This document shows, piece by piece, positions 25,040 through 37,164 of a stretch of DNA of 64,000 nucleotides (position 1 is its first letter; each line of letters starts with the position of its first letter). Made by a program: the position numbers and the translations under genes. Source of the stretch: Octopus sinensis (lineage: Eukaryota). The DNA lies in contig NC_042999.1 of assembly GCF_006345805.1 (NCBI RefSeq), positions 116,436,001-116,500,000 on the forward strand, read 5' to 3'. Below the pieces are notes generated by a model. That model saw only the letters and a list, made by a program, of their open reading frames with translations, did no database searches and was not told the DNA's origin.

Positions 25040-26876
25040 ACACACACACACACATACATACATACATACATACATACATACATACATACATACATACATA
25101 CATACATACATACATGCATACATGCATAACATATATATATATATACATATATATTACTTACGTTGGTCAATAACCGATAAATGAGAAAGGAGTGTTCAGT
25201 TCCTGTTGATAAGTGTATGTTTTTTCCCCATTAAAACTGAAACCGGATGCTTTTCTCACGACTCGAGTTTCACGCCAGGGTTTCGTCCACTCCTAGACAA
25301 TCAGTGCTGTTTGTTTGAGTCCCCGTAACTTAGCGTTTCGGTAAAAGAGACCGATGGAGTAAATACAAAACTTAGAAAGGTAGGCACTGAGGTCCACCTA
25401 TTCGGCTAAAACCCTTCAGAACGGTAACCCCAGCATGGCTAGAGTCCAATGATTGAAAGAAATGAGATAAAAGATATACACAAACATATACATTTAGATA
25501 TACATACAGATAAACTCGCACGATAAATTTAATGTAGTTAGTCTGCAATTCATAAGCGCCTACGCTTCAGAAAATATTTACATTTGTCTGTTACAAGAGA
25601 TTTTTTTTCCGTCTTATATATTCACCAATACACTAACTTCTGACAAAATGTTTTTCAAGTTAACAATATGAATATCATTTATCTTCACTTTTGATCCAAA
25701 TCTAAGTGGGCACTCATAACTTCAATCACTATTTTCTACAGGTACAGAAAGATAACGAATGAAAGAAGCACTCTGTCGTTGCCGTGAACTGTGTCATTGG
25801 ATTCGGCTGTACCATATTTTAAAGATATAAAAATAGAAAAGCTTTAATCGTTTTACTGTGGAAATCAGATATTTACATTCAAAATTTCGTTGCACTTAAT
25901 TGCGGAAAGCATTTTTATGCTCCAGTCTATCTTTTGCTGAAGAATGACATGCCTTCTGTTGAGAAATACTAAGTTTTTTGAGCCAAAGGACTTGCAGAAA
26001 ATACGAAAATATCACTTCTATTTCATGTTTTGTTTTTGTAAAGATTTAAAATCACCATCAGTATGACCAAGAAATTTAATTTCGCACTTAAAGAGTTAAG
26101 AAAATACTTCGTGTGGGAGGAAGATAGCATGAAGAAGGAACTATCTGAAAGTGTTAAACTGGTACTCGCTCACAGTGTAGAGTTACCCCGGTTTTGCAAT
26201 ACTCAAGACATTTATCCTGTCTTTAGCCGTTCACTATTAAAATAAAAAATAGATACCCAGAAGACAGTAAAACATCAGGCTAGATAGATATGTTCTAACT
26301 TGAAATTCCCACGACACCGACTTTGTTTTTTTTATCCATTCCGGGCCGGTGATGCATGAATTGATCTTAACATCATGATACTCGATATTTCGATGTCTAT
26401 ACCACTAAGTTTTAGGGATTTTAGAATAGTTTTGACCACTGGTGAAGCAATTTAGCTCCACTGTCGGCCAGCTATGAATTCTTATTTATCTTGGATCTCA
26501 TAAAATTGTGTTTTCTCTCGTTTTATTTAGTTTATTTTATCTTTGTATTCGTCTGAGGGTCTCTATTTTCTTTGTTTACTGTAAACGTTCTCATATATTA
26601 AGATGTTCATTTTACCGACTTGTTTGTTTTACTTGTTCCTCGCCTTCCTGCTTTCATAACCCTTTTAAGAGGACTAAAATCTGAACGACATGGTAGCACG
26701 TAGGCTTACCGATTTGAGGACACCCTATTTGTATTCTGTCGCTGGTACTACACTGTTGGTCTAGGCACGTATTTCACTGAATTCCACTAGTACAAACGAA
26801 AAGGCATTGCGTACAATTAAAAAAAATCGTAAAATATAAGTTCGTATGCCTTGGAAAGAGAGATTTCTGGCGATTC

Positions 26877-26964
<88 letters not shown>

Positions 26965-28244
26965 TTGTTGTAAGGCTGTGAATAAAGTGAGGAGTACCAT
27001 CACTAGTATCCTCGAATTTCCCTTTTAATGTCACAAAGAGTAAATATCAACATATATTTCTACCTTTAAAAAAATTTATGGAAATTATTTTTTAAAAATA
27101 GATAAAATGAACAAACAAGTATTAGTAGCGAATTGACCCACAAATTTAAAAACGCTTCATCAGCAAACTGCTGAATCTTCATAAACTCTTCTAGATAGTC
27201 CTTGATCATATACTGTCTTGTTCTGTTCATAGCCTTGAACTAGCTTTCTATACGCTTTGGATTTACGACATTTATTGAATAGTTAAGAATGTTATGACTA
27301 TTTCCCAATTTGTCGTTGTAAGTTGTTTCCATGTTCAACAAATGATGAATCCTGGGGCACTGTTGTGTAATAATCCAAATGACAGCCTCAACGTGAAAAT
27401 TAAAAGTCTTCTGCTTTTAATAAGTTCGCAGCCTCCGGAGACCATTATCTCTCTTATGATTCTCCCGACGTAACTTTTGCGGCACGAAAACTAACATTCG
27501 TTAATTTTGGCTGTAATTTCTGCTCCGTTTAATTGCCCAAGATATTAGTGCAAGTATTCAAGAACTACATGCTGGCAGACTTAATTCCAATCAACGACCG
27601 GCAGATTGCTCTTAATTTCTACTTCATGTATGATTCATTTTCCAGGACAACCTCTCGATTTATCTTGAATCTGAACATCAGAAACAGAATAGATCAAACA
27701 TTTATCAATGACGTGAGTCTTTTAAAAATAATTACCAATCTAGTGTTAGCATCAACCCTGCAGTTCTTGTTTTAGATGAAAATGAGAAAGCGTTTGATCT
27801 TTATCCTTGTTGATATTGAAGTAATTTTTCTAATAAAACTTTATACCTATTTTAGGTGGGCGTAAAATGAATGTGAGCAATTAGTGACAGACGAACCTAT
27901 TAACGCTATTATTGTGTTTTAATTAACCAAAGAATTATAATGATTTATATACCGAAACACCAAAGTGTCACAAAGTACAATGGTTTGAATTTGTTAAAAG
28001 AATAAATGAGAAAAATGAAAAAGGGAGTTCAGCAGAGAGGAAAGAACATAGAGAAAATTAAGAAAAAAGTTATGGAAAAAGGGAGAAAAATTAGAGAAAC
28101 ACTTGAAAAAAGTAATTCCAGTAAAATACTAATAAGAAATAAGAACTAAATTATTATACTGGTCAATACTGAGGAAAAGTCCGGGGAGGTAGACAATTGA
28201 TAGCAAATCCGAGAAGATAAAATTATATTTGGCGGATTCTCCTG

Positions 28245-28470
28245 TCGTTTATGACGGTTGGGAGTACTACAGCATCTTGGTGAACAATCTGCCTTGTTGA
28301 TTTGTTTATAGTGACCAAATAATTGCGTTGTATATTAGCTTAAATCGGCGTTATATGTATAGGCATACAGTGCACGATCACTTCGATCCGTCAGACGTTG
28401 ATGTTGTCACAGAGCAACATGAAGTGAAGCGTTTTGCTCGAGAACACAACCCACTAGCGCAACCCGCTAA
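28245..28470 (-). mobile_element. SINE family C, degenerate
   Basis: CACAGAGCAACATGAAGTGAAGCGTTTTGCTCGAGAACACAAC core. Confidence 0.55.
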
Positions 28471-28476
28471 CTACAA

Positions 28477-28519
<43 letters not shown>

Positions 28520-28655
28520 ACACACACACACGGTATACGCAAGTTAGGCAGAATTCTATTCAAATAACCGCCACCATATATATCAAATACTACGGTAACT
28601 GGAGTATCAACAGGGGGCATACATTAAGTGTGATACAGACCCCCCTCTCTTTCTT

Positions 28656-28701
<46 letters not shown>

Positions 28702-28702
<1 letters not shown>

Positions 28703-29050
28703 CTTATTATAAAAGGCAGATTTTATCTGCCTCCCTTTGGGAGTTATAGAAATCTACAATATAGGATTTCTTCAATTACAATTTACCTAGCATTTCTGAG
28801 AGTACAATGCATCGCGTCATGCCAGGTCCAGTTTTTAAAATTTAAACTCCAATTAAGCAAAATTTACAGAAAACTCACATTCTGGTGTGTGTGTCAAATG
28901 CTTTTCTTAGTCTGGTTTACACCACACGCAAACGCACACACACAGTGGGCAACGAATAAAATGAAACTAATTCACTTACTGTAGTGAGTGATTCTTTCAC
29001 TCTGCCTCCCACTTCCTCTTTCCACACATAGACACGCAAATATATAAATA
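28702..29050 (+). mobile_element. Probable Helitron 5' end (A|TCTTATTATAAAAGG), no adjacent 3' end
   Basis: The TC start after A, followed by TATTATAAAAG, resembles the 5' end of the complete Helitron at 30277 (A|TCTTTATATATAAAAG). Confidence 0.4.
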
Positions 29051-29121
29051 AAATTGTAAGCTAACGTGCGTGTGTGTGAGTGTGTGTGTGTGTGTGTGTG
29101 CGCGTGTGTGTGTGTGTGAGG

Positions 29122-29160
<39 letters not shown>

Positions 29161-29220
29161 AGTGTGTGACAGGAAAGTTTTTTACGACGAAATTAACACC
29201 TATATCCAAGTAGCAGAAAG

Positions 29221-29485
29221 ATAAGGGTTGATTTGAGGATTTGGCTGCTATTTCTACTATTTCTACCATGTCTAGCTGCCATGTAGGGGCCTCCCTCATA
29301 GGCTCATACATACATATATACATAGATAAGACAGTAAGGTGTGATTTGGGGGAAATTTGGCTGCTATTTCTACCAGGTCTAGCTACCATGTAGAGGTCCC
29401 CCTCATTGGCTCATATATATATATACATACATAAGACAGTAAGGTGTGATTTGAGGGAGATTTGGCTGCTATTTCTACCAGGTCT
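29221..29485 (+). repeat. ~105-115 bp unit tandem repeat, about 2.5 copies
   Basis: ATTTGGCTGCTATTTCTAC at about 29239, 29355 and 29460. AAGACAGTAAGGTGTGATTTG occurs twice. A related motif in the opposite orientation lies at about 34175. Confidence 0.8.
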
Positions 29486-29856
29486 GTTAGGCCTTCTCAT
29501 GTAAACTCACAAGCTTTCTCATGCCTTGAACATAAGACCAAAGCAGAGAATGTATTCTTTTATTCTTCTGCTTTTTCCAGCCATTGGTCTGTGGCCATGC
29601 TGGGGCAATGCCTTGAAGAATTGTAGTTTAATGAATCAAATCCAGTTTTATTTTTGTAAGCATTGTACTTATTCTATCTGTTTCCTTTGTCAAACCACTA
29701 GGTGACAGGGATGTAAACAAACCAACATTCGTTGTCAAGCAGTGGTGGAGGACAATCACAAGCACAGACACGCACACACACACACATACATGCATACACA
29801 TATACACACATACATACATACATACATATATATATATATGTGTGTGTATATATATA

Positions 29857-30176
29857 TTGCAGCGTGGAAGGTGTTTGTAAGCCATTTAAGAAACACACAA
29901 AAACCGTTACATTCACTTCAACATTTAAATTTAATTTGCCAAAATATTTTCGTCGCTTTGAGACCGCGACCTGTTCACTGACAAAAATATCGTGCTAACA
30001 GGTCGCGGTCTCAAAGCGACGAAAATATTTTGACAAATTAAATTTAAATGTTGAAGTGAATCTAACGGTTTTTGTTGTTTCTTAAATGGCTTATAAACAC
30101 CTTCAACGCTGCAACTGTTTTCGTTCCAGCACACGATCTCAGATCAAGTCACTTGCTATGCAAGTACATCTCTGTA
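29857..30176. mobile_element. Penelope-like pseudo-LTR palindrome in a (TA)n run: ~119-bp inverted arms, 21-bp spacer
   Basis: 29857-29975 is the reverse complement of 29997-30114, with few mismatches. The right copy extends a further ~60 bp to a TA run. A hammerhead-like motif overlaps the junction. Confidence 0.65.
29935..29985 (-). ncRNA. Candidate minimal type I hammerhead ribozyme, G3-C8 variant
   Basis: Minus strand: UUUGUCA GUGAACA G GUCGC GGUCUCAAA GCGAC GAAA AUAU U U UGGCAAA. Stem I 7 bp (one GU), stem II 5 bp, GAAA, palindromic AAUAUU stem III, UUU triplet. Confidence 0.55.
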
Positions 30177-30276
30177 ACTATATATATATTTATATATATA
30201 TATATATGTATATTGGTAAAAACAGTAAGATAACAAAAGAAAGAAAGAGACCTCAATATTACGTAAATAGAGGAAA

Positions 30277-30669
30277 TCTTTATATATAAAAGTGAGGTTG
30301 TGTGTCTGTCTCCTACGATTTAGATTCCTAACTACTCCCACATTTTGCGGTGCAGTTTAACCAAAACCGGGTATCTTATAGTCGTGATTCATATCGAGAC
30401 CGTCTGGGTATTAGCGCGCGTCTACGATGAGTCTACGATTAAAAAAAAAATTTACCATCAATTTTTTCCCATTTTTAATCCATTTTTGACATATATAAGG
30501 GAAGTAACTCTCTTAAATTTATTTTTAAATCTCAGAACGTAAAAAGCTACAGTAACCCCCCCCCTTTGTGGTTAGCCATATTGAGATGGCTATTATACTT
30601 TACATCTCTAAATATGCTTATATAATTATTTCCCTTACAAACCCGAGCAACGCCGGGCGATGCTGCTAG
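30277..30669 (+). mobile_element. Non-autonomous Helitron, complete (393 bp)
   Basis: 5' A|TC, 3' CTAG|T, and subterminal GC-rich hairpin CCCGAGCAACGCCGGG a few bases before CTAG. No TSD. These are the canonical Helitron termini. Confidence 0.88.
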
Positions 30670-30700
<31 letters not shown>

Positions 30701-30774
30701 ATGCATGTATGTATTTGCACATATGTATATAAATATATATTTTATATATATATATACACACACACATATATATA

Positions 30775-32045
30775 CAGGGTGCGATGGGTAAATTATCGCC
30801 ATTTTATATTTATATTTTCGCGCATGTGCATTTTTGATTTTGTCGACTACACAGTATAGTAGGGTCAGTTGGGCACCGTCTGTGAGAAAAACAGCACCAT
30901 GAGGCAATTCACTCTGCCAGAAATTTGGAAACGACATGCTTTACTTCTTGGCATTCGCGCCGGAAGCTTCAATGCAAACATTTCAAAGTGTTTGGGTGTC
31001 AATCTGAGGACAGTGAAGAAGATTCGGAAAGAGTTGAATGCGTTTAATGGTGATTACGAAGGTACGGCAGCTCGGAAAAAAAGAACTCCTGAATTTGTTG
31101 GTGAGATCTAGGCCATGTTTGACAACGATCCCTCCAAGTCAATTTAGGTCAATCGCCAGAGACATAGGAATGTTTGAGTTTCTTATCAGGCAGGTAGTGC
31201 ATGAAGACATTTGGTATTCCTCATACAAGATGATAAAGGGCCAGTTTTTATCCCAAGCCATCAAGGACAACAGGAAAGACCGCGCTCCGAAGCTTTTGAG
31301 CAAACTCAAGTATCCCCTCCAACCGAACATGCTTTGGTTTTTCTCAAATGAGAAAAATTTCTGCCAGGATCAGATGGTGAACACGTAGAACAACCGTTGA
31401 CTTGCCGTGTTCCCAAAACATGTACCGAGAGTGATAAAAATCAAACATCCCGTCAACATCATGTTGTTCGGAGTGATCACTAGTGATGGCGACGTTATGC
31501 CTTCATTCATCTTCCCACACGGCCTCACACTCAACTCGGAGGCCCACATCAAGTGCTTGGAGGAGGTAGTGCTGCTCTGGGTCAAGAGAGTGGCTGCACG
31601 AAGGCTTTATGTCTGACAACAGGACTCTGAACCATGTCACACAAGCAGGAGGATCCAGATATGGCTGTCAGACAATTTCTGTGACCACATCACCCCTAAC
31701 ATTTGGTCACCTAACTCCCCAGACTGCAGCCCCCTTGATTATTATATGTGGGACACAGTTGAGCGAGAGACTAACAAAACTTGTAACACCTAAGATGAAC
31801 TGAAGGCAAGGATTATGGCAGCATTCACCAACTTAAAGAAGGAGATCGTCCAGAAGAGTTGCAGGAGATTCCGAAGTCGTCTTGCAGCCATAGCTGAAGC
31901 CAATGGCGATTTTATTGAATAAATTTACTCCTTAGTATTTCAAGATATTTTTATGTAATTTTGGTAAATCTATCTGTTAAAGTGAGATGTCAGTGTTATT
32001 TTAATTTTTGAGTAATTTAGATGACAATTCATTTACTGCACCCTG
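30775..32045 (+). mobile_element. Full-length maT (DD37D) Tc1/mariner-superfamily transposon, decayed
   Basis: TA-flanked termini CAGGGTGCGATGGG / (rc) CAGGGTGCAGTAAA, 1271 bp, containing the transposase pseudogene below. Confidence 0.9.
30899..31922 (+). pseudogene. DD37D transposase with stops and frameshifts
   Basis: MRQFTLPEIWKRH..LGVNLRTV..WFFSNEKNF (first D mutated to N)..VMLFGVITSDG-like..QQDSEPCHTS..WSPNSPDCSPLDYYMW. I count 37 residues between the QQD and PLD aspartates. Confidence 0.88.
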
Positions 32046-32053
32046 TATACGCA

Positions 32054-32101
<48 letters not shown>

Positions 32102-32287
32102 AACAAACACGCACACACACACATACACACACACAAAAACACACACACATACACACGCCCTCGCACGCACACACACATACACACGCCCTCGCACGCACAC
32201 ACACACACATACGTACATACATATGTGTGTGTATGTATGTATGTATGTATGTATGCATGTATGTATGTACATGAATACATACACACG

Positions 32288-32344
<57 letters not shown>

Positions 32345-33039
32345 TATATATATATATATACGTGCATGCATACGTTTGCATATTCGGGCAGTGGATTGGC
32401 TCAAGAGCATCAAAATAGTTTTAAATGACATATCATTGTCAACAGTAGAAATCAAATAGCTTTTGTTGGCAGCATTAGTGACGCAGCATAGGAAATATCA
32501 TGTGATATTTTGTTTAGTTCATTTATATTTGAATTCAAATCCAGTCTGCATCGCATTTTTATTTTATTCATCCGATTTTGATTAAATAAAATATAACTCA
32601 ATTGGGGTCAAGAAAACCGACTATACCATTCCTCCTACCAAATGGGTACGCTTCTGTCGATATTTAAACTAAGTAAATACAATCACTTACTGTCTTATAG
32701 TCCCGACTATATCTTCATCCTCACAGAATGGAAATATTTCATCTGTGTAGGTAGAAAATTCGTATATTTTCAGCAGAATTAGAAATAAGAGATAGTAATA
32801 TCAAAAGCAGTAACAAAAATACAAATGTTTTTGACTTGACTCGAGATCGAAAAAGTGTCGCTGTGACAACCATGAGTGACCTACTAATTGCTTTACAATC
32901 TTCAGTCAATTAAATGTTTCGTCAGCATATAAAGGGCCCTATAGGAATTCTGTAAGATGAGTAGTCCAACGCTCTACCATTCTGGGGTCATGACGCTACC
33001 CCTTCTTTCTTTTATATTACGTACTGAAATAATTTACGG

Positions 33040-33480
33040 TGACGAGTTGGCCGAATCGTTAGCACGCAGGATAAAATGCTCAGCAGTATTTCATCCGCCT
33101 TTGCGTTCTGAGTTCAAATTCCGCCGAGGTTGATAAAATAAGTACTAGTTAAGTACTAGGGGCCGATATGTTCGATTAGACCCCTGCCCATAAAATTTCG
33201 AACCTTGTGCCTATAGTAGAAAGCACATAGTGGAATAAGAGGAAGGCAGCGAATTGTCCGAGGCATTACGGCGTCGGACTGAATGTGGTATTTGTTTCGA
33301 CTCTCTCCACTCTGAGTTCAAATCATGCCGAGGTCATGTTTACCGTTCATCCTTTCGAGGTCGATGAAAGAGTTGCAATCCAAAGTGATGGATAGATAGA
33401 AGAAGGAAAATGTCAGACTGAGTGCCTTGTAGTATTTATTTGCTCCGATTCTTTGCATTCTGAGTTCAAATCCTGCCTCG
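33040..33480 (+). mobile_element. Cluster of three partial SINE family B copies
   Basis: TTCTGAGTTCAAAT occurs three times, with B-family flanks. Confidence 0.7.
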
Positions 33481-34369
33481 ATATACATGAGAGGATGACT
33501 TAAATCATCACACTAGTTAACACCACCACCCGGAACTTTGTATGCCTTTAGTGGAGTTCACTCTCTTACAAGCATTCGGTATAGGTCACCAGTTTGAAGA
33601 CACCTTCTTCCTACTTTCTTCTCATCAGTGTCAGAGGCCCTGTTACGGATCATGAGCAGTGCTTTCACTCCTGATTAAAAGATTTAAATAAATAATTAAA
33701 AATCACAGCTTAAACATCTTTGATCATAGATCTGCTCGATCAGAGCTGACCCTGGGTTAAATAGTGCTCATACAAACTATAGAAAGTGAGACACGTACGT
33801 TTACATTTACAAACATGTCTAAGCAGATAAAACTAAGTATATATTTGTCTGGTAAAGAAAAAAACTTGTTGCATGTACACTGAAAACTCAGCAACAGCGT
33901 ATGTTGCACTGAGAATAAAGACTGTTGAATATTGGTAATAAATTAGTGTTAACTATTGGGAATGAAACTAAACTCTTTTTATTGTAACAGTAACAATCTC
34001 TAATGCAAATTCATTTCACCATAAAATTAATTTTACAGCTGTTTTAATGCTTTGTGCCAAAGAGAGTTAACTTTTAATGTCTTTGTCAAGGTTATTCAGA
34101 TTGAAGTTTCACATAGATTTATTATTACTAAAATAAACGAGACAGAAGTGGAGACTATGTTGTTGCTGGTCCTGCTGGAAATAGCAGCTAAATCTTCACC
34201 GAATCACACTCTACAATCCCCCCCCCCAAAGACATGTTGATCAATGTGGTTATTGGTTCCCTGGACATAGGAAATAAAAGGATATGGTTAAGGTTAGAAT
34301 ACCCTTTGATTATAGATCTCTCGATCAGGTCTGACCTAGGGTTAAACAACGATAACAACAGCCATGTTG

Positions 34370-34600
34370 ATTATTCTAAAGGCGGTGATCTGGCAAACTC
34401 GTTAGCATGCCTGGCAAAATGCTTAGTGGCATTTCGTCCGTCTTTATGTTCTGAGTTCACATTCTGTCGAGGTTGATTTTGCCTTTCATCCTTTCGTGTA
34501 TCAATAAAACAAGTATCAGTTGAGTACTGGGTTGACTTGCCCTTCCTCCGAAATTGCTGGCCTTGTGCCAAAATTTGGAACCAATATTAATTATTATTGG
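34370..34600 (+). mobile_element. SINE family B
   Basis: AAGGCGGTGATCTGGCAAACTCGTTAGC...GCCTTGTGCCAAAATTTGGAACCAAT. Confidence 0.8.
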
Positions 34601-34779
34601 GAGCGTAATTGTTATAATAATTACTTCTGCCATAGGCACAAGACTGCATAAGTTTGGAAGAGTATAGTATCCCTACTCTACGTAATTTATGGTTTTACGA
34701 CAATGAGATAAAATATCCCTCATCGTCAAGAAACTCTGGATTAAAGTGAGTAAGTGGACAGACTTAATAAAGATAGAGT

Positions 34780-36090
34780 AGGAGAGATATAGCAGTCAAT
34801 GTACTGGTGACGAGAACGATCCTTGAAAATTTCTTCAATTCATAACTCATGCTCATGATGATTCTTAAGCAGCTCTATAGAGTTAGTTGTAAGCGGTATG
34901 ATGGTATGGTAACAAATCTACCATTAAATATTTGACGAGTCGCAGGGACGCGTGGTTTCAGATTTGAAAGTGATAGATGTGCTTTCCAGGAGTTGTTTGC
35001 CCAACTATTTTGTGAGAACAGTGAGCTGGAGACGAAAGATGTTTGTGCTTTATCTCATCGGTTTGCCACTCATATCATTAGAGGATGAAAGTGGTATGAA
35101 AAGTCGACAACATCATCTGAAATATTAGATAAACTAGACAGCAAGCTGAGCGAGAGAAAAATCAACAAAATTTGATGTCCCTGCATCGCTTCAGTGATGT
35201 CTTACTATCTTAAACCGTAACTTATCCCACAGAATACTTAACATTATGGGAACGAATGCTTTTCGCTCTAAACAGAAGGACCAGCTGTTAGCAAAATACA
35301 TAGTAAGTATGGATGCCGTTTATCAAGCATGCATTCCCATATCTCATATCTTTAACCGATCTGTAGTCGTGGGTCAAATTCACCCCAGGATAGATGTATT
35401 GCCAGGCGCTTGCAGGCGCTACCAATGAGCAATGTGGTCGATGGGATGTCAGTTCTTATATTCTGTTATGGAGGGATATGAATGACAACGTCCTTGGAAA
35501 TACCCTGGGCATTGATAAGAATGTTTCCTCAGAATCTCAGGCTAGGGATTTTCAATAGTTTCCAAAAACCCTTGGCCAGGAAGGTAGAAATTTTTCAAGT
35601 GCAATCGTACGTTTAGCAGTCATGTTCATGTTGAGAACGAATGCGAACGAGGAAACTATCTTCTACGCATTTAGTAAATTTCCACGGTTTGTTGACCTAT
35701 GGTGTTATGGAGAATAAGTTCTTTTTATTACGTGTACTACGGTTTGTCACTGAGTCCTTTTGTGAAACTCGTCCAGTTAGTTATATTTCTTCAACAAGGA
35801 AGGATAGAAAATTTTCCTTTGTCTTGTAATTTTAATAAAACAGGTGGACGAGGTTGAAAGGACAGAGGTCATGGTCTTTACGGACCGACAGAAATCTAAT
35901 TAAGTACTATTCGAAGCGGAAGGTTGAAGGCGGAGAAAAAAGTGCTTTCATCCAGCAAATTTTATGAAAGGTGGAGAGAACGCACTTTTGGCTTTGATGA
36001 GGACCGGTCGTTTGATTTCACCTGGGACTTGAAGCTGAAAAAGACCATACATAGGAGCTGGTCGCGGCATTTGGTTGCCATTCTGGGGAA
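34780..36090 (+). pseudogene. Possible highly decayed Ty3/Gypsy pol (RNase H end and integrase) relic
   Basis: Weak motifs in the expected order across frames: KVIDVLSR (cf. NxVADALSR), DVPASLQ, EIPW, LLTYGVME (cf. FxxxGxPE), DEVERT. Many stops. Confidence 0.3.
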
Positions 36091-36518
36091 TTTATGTTTG
36101 ATTATATTTCATATAACTTTGCAGACATGTGTGTGTGTGTTTGTCTGCGTACATGTGCGCGCGCGTGCGTGTGTGTGTGCATGTATATGCAAATATATGT
36201 GTGTGTGTGTGCATGTATATGCAAATATATGTGTGTGTGTGTGTGTGATGTGTGTGAAATATACTCACATATATAGAAATTATTTATGTGTGTGTTAGTG
36301 TGAAACCTAAATTCACATCTAAAAGTGTGAATTTAGGTTTTGTGTTTTGAAATACCTTTTTCATTTGGATTAATTTTTATACAGCCATAAAAGTTTTGTC
36401 TTTACTGTTGGATTTGAATGTCTTGTAGTTTAGTTAACCGCGTGGCAAATAATGTAATCCCATTTATTATTATTATTATTATTATTACTATTATTATTAT
36501 TATATTATTATTATTATT

Positions 36519-37076
36519 GAGTGAGAGAGCACAGTGCATGCCATAAAAATGGCACTGGGGTAAAATATACAAAGTCCAGTATACCTATCATGACTGCCCG
36601 TCTGATAAGGGTACACCAGGCACATGCATCACAACTATATGTGCGCGACATGGTGATCTGATATCAAGATAAACAGCGCATGACCTTGCAGGTAGGGCCC
36701 AGTTAGAATTTTCTTCTAGTCGAGTAACCCATCCTGCTCAAAAGGTTCTTGAATAAGGGTTATATAAGAATGTTGAACGAAACACCCATGTTTCCAGAGG
36801 GGAATTATTCAAACCCCAAAGAATCCCTCTCAACACATGACTATGATGCTCCCCCACTACTTCTGCTCGTGATCTCGTGATCAGTAATGCACATATCGTC
36901 AGCTACTAAGGGACATGCTCAAGGTCAAATAACTGACAAGAAAATCTGTGGTATTGAGCAGAATAGTTGTTGTAGCTCATCTTTTATACCAAGACAAAAC
37001 AATATACATGATAACACTTCCAATCAGTTAAGATCAGAAGCCATGAAAGCCACTGCCTGGTACTGCATCAGGGCAT
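36519..37076 (-). mobile_element. Non-coding ~560-bp retroposon-like repeat with (AAT)n 3' tail
   Basis: The minus strand ends CTCTCTCACTC-(AAT)n. A homologous partial copy in plus orientation lies at 52013-52309 (e.g. TTTGGGGTTTGAATAATTC, GATGCATGTGCCTGGTGTACC). Confidence 0.65.
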
Positions 37077-37164
37077 GGTACTGCTATCATCATCATCATC
37101 ATTATTATTATTTTTATTATTATTATCATCATCATCATTATTATTATTATTATTATTATTATTA

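Noticed and set aside
25930-27800. Coding-looking fragments (KELRKYFVWEED; DYLEEFMKIQQFADEAF)
   Set aside because: Short, interrupted by stops, and not assignable to any family by eye. Possibly ancient transposon debris.
33595-33640. Minus-strand CTGATGA-GAAGA...TCTTC-AAAC
   Set aside because: G12 is missing, and there is no stem III or stem I.
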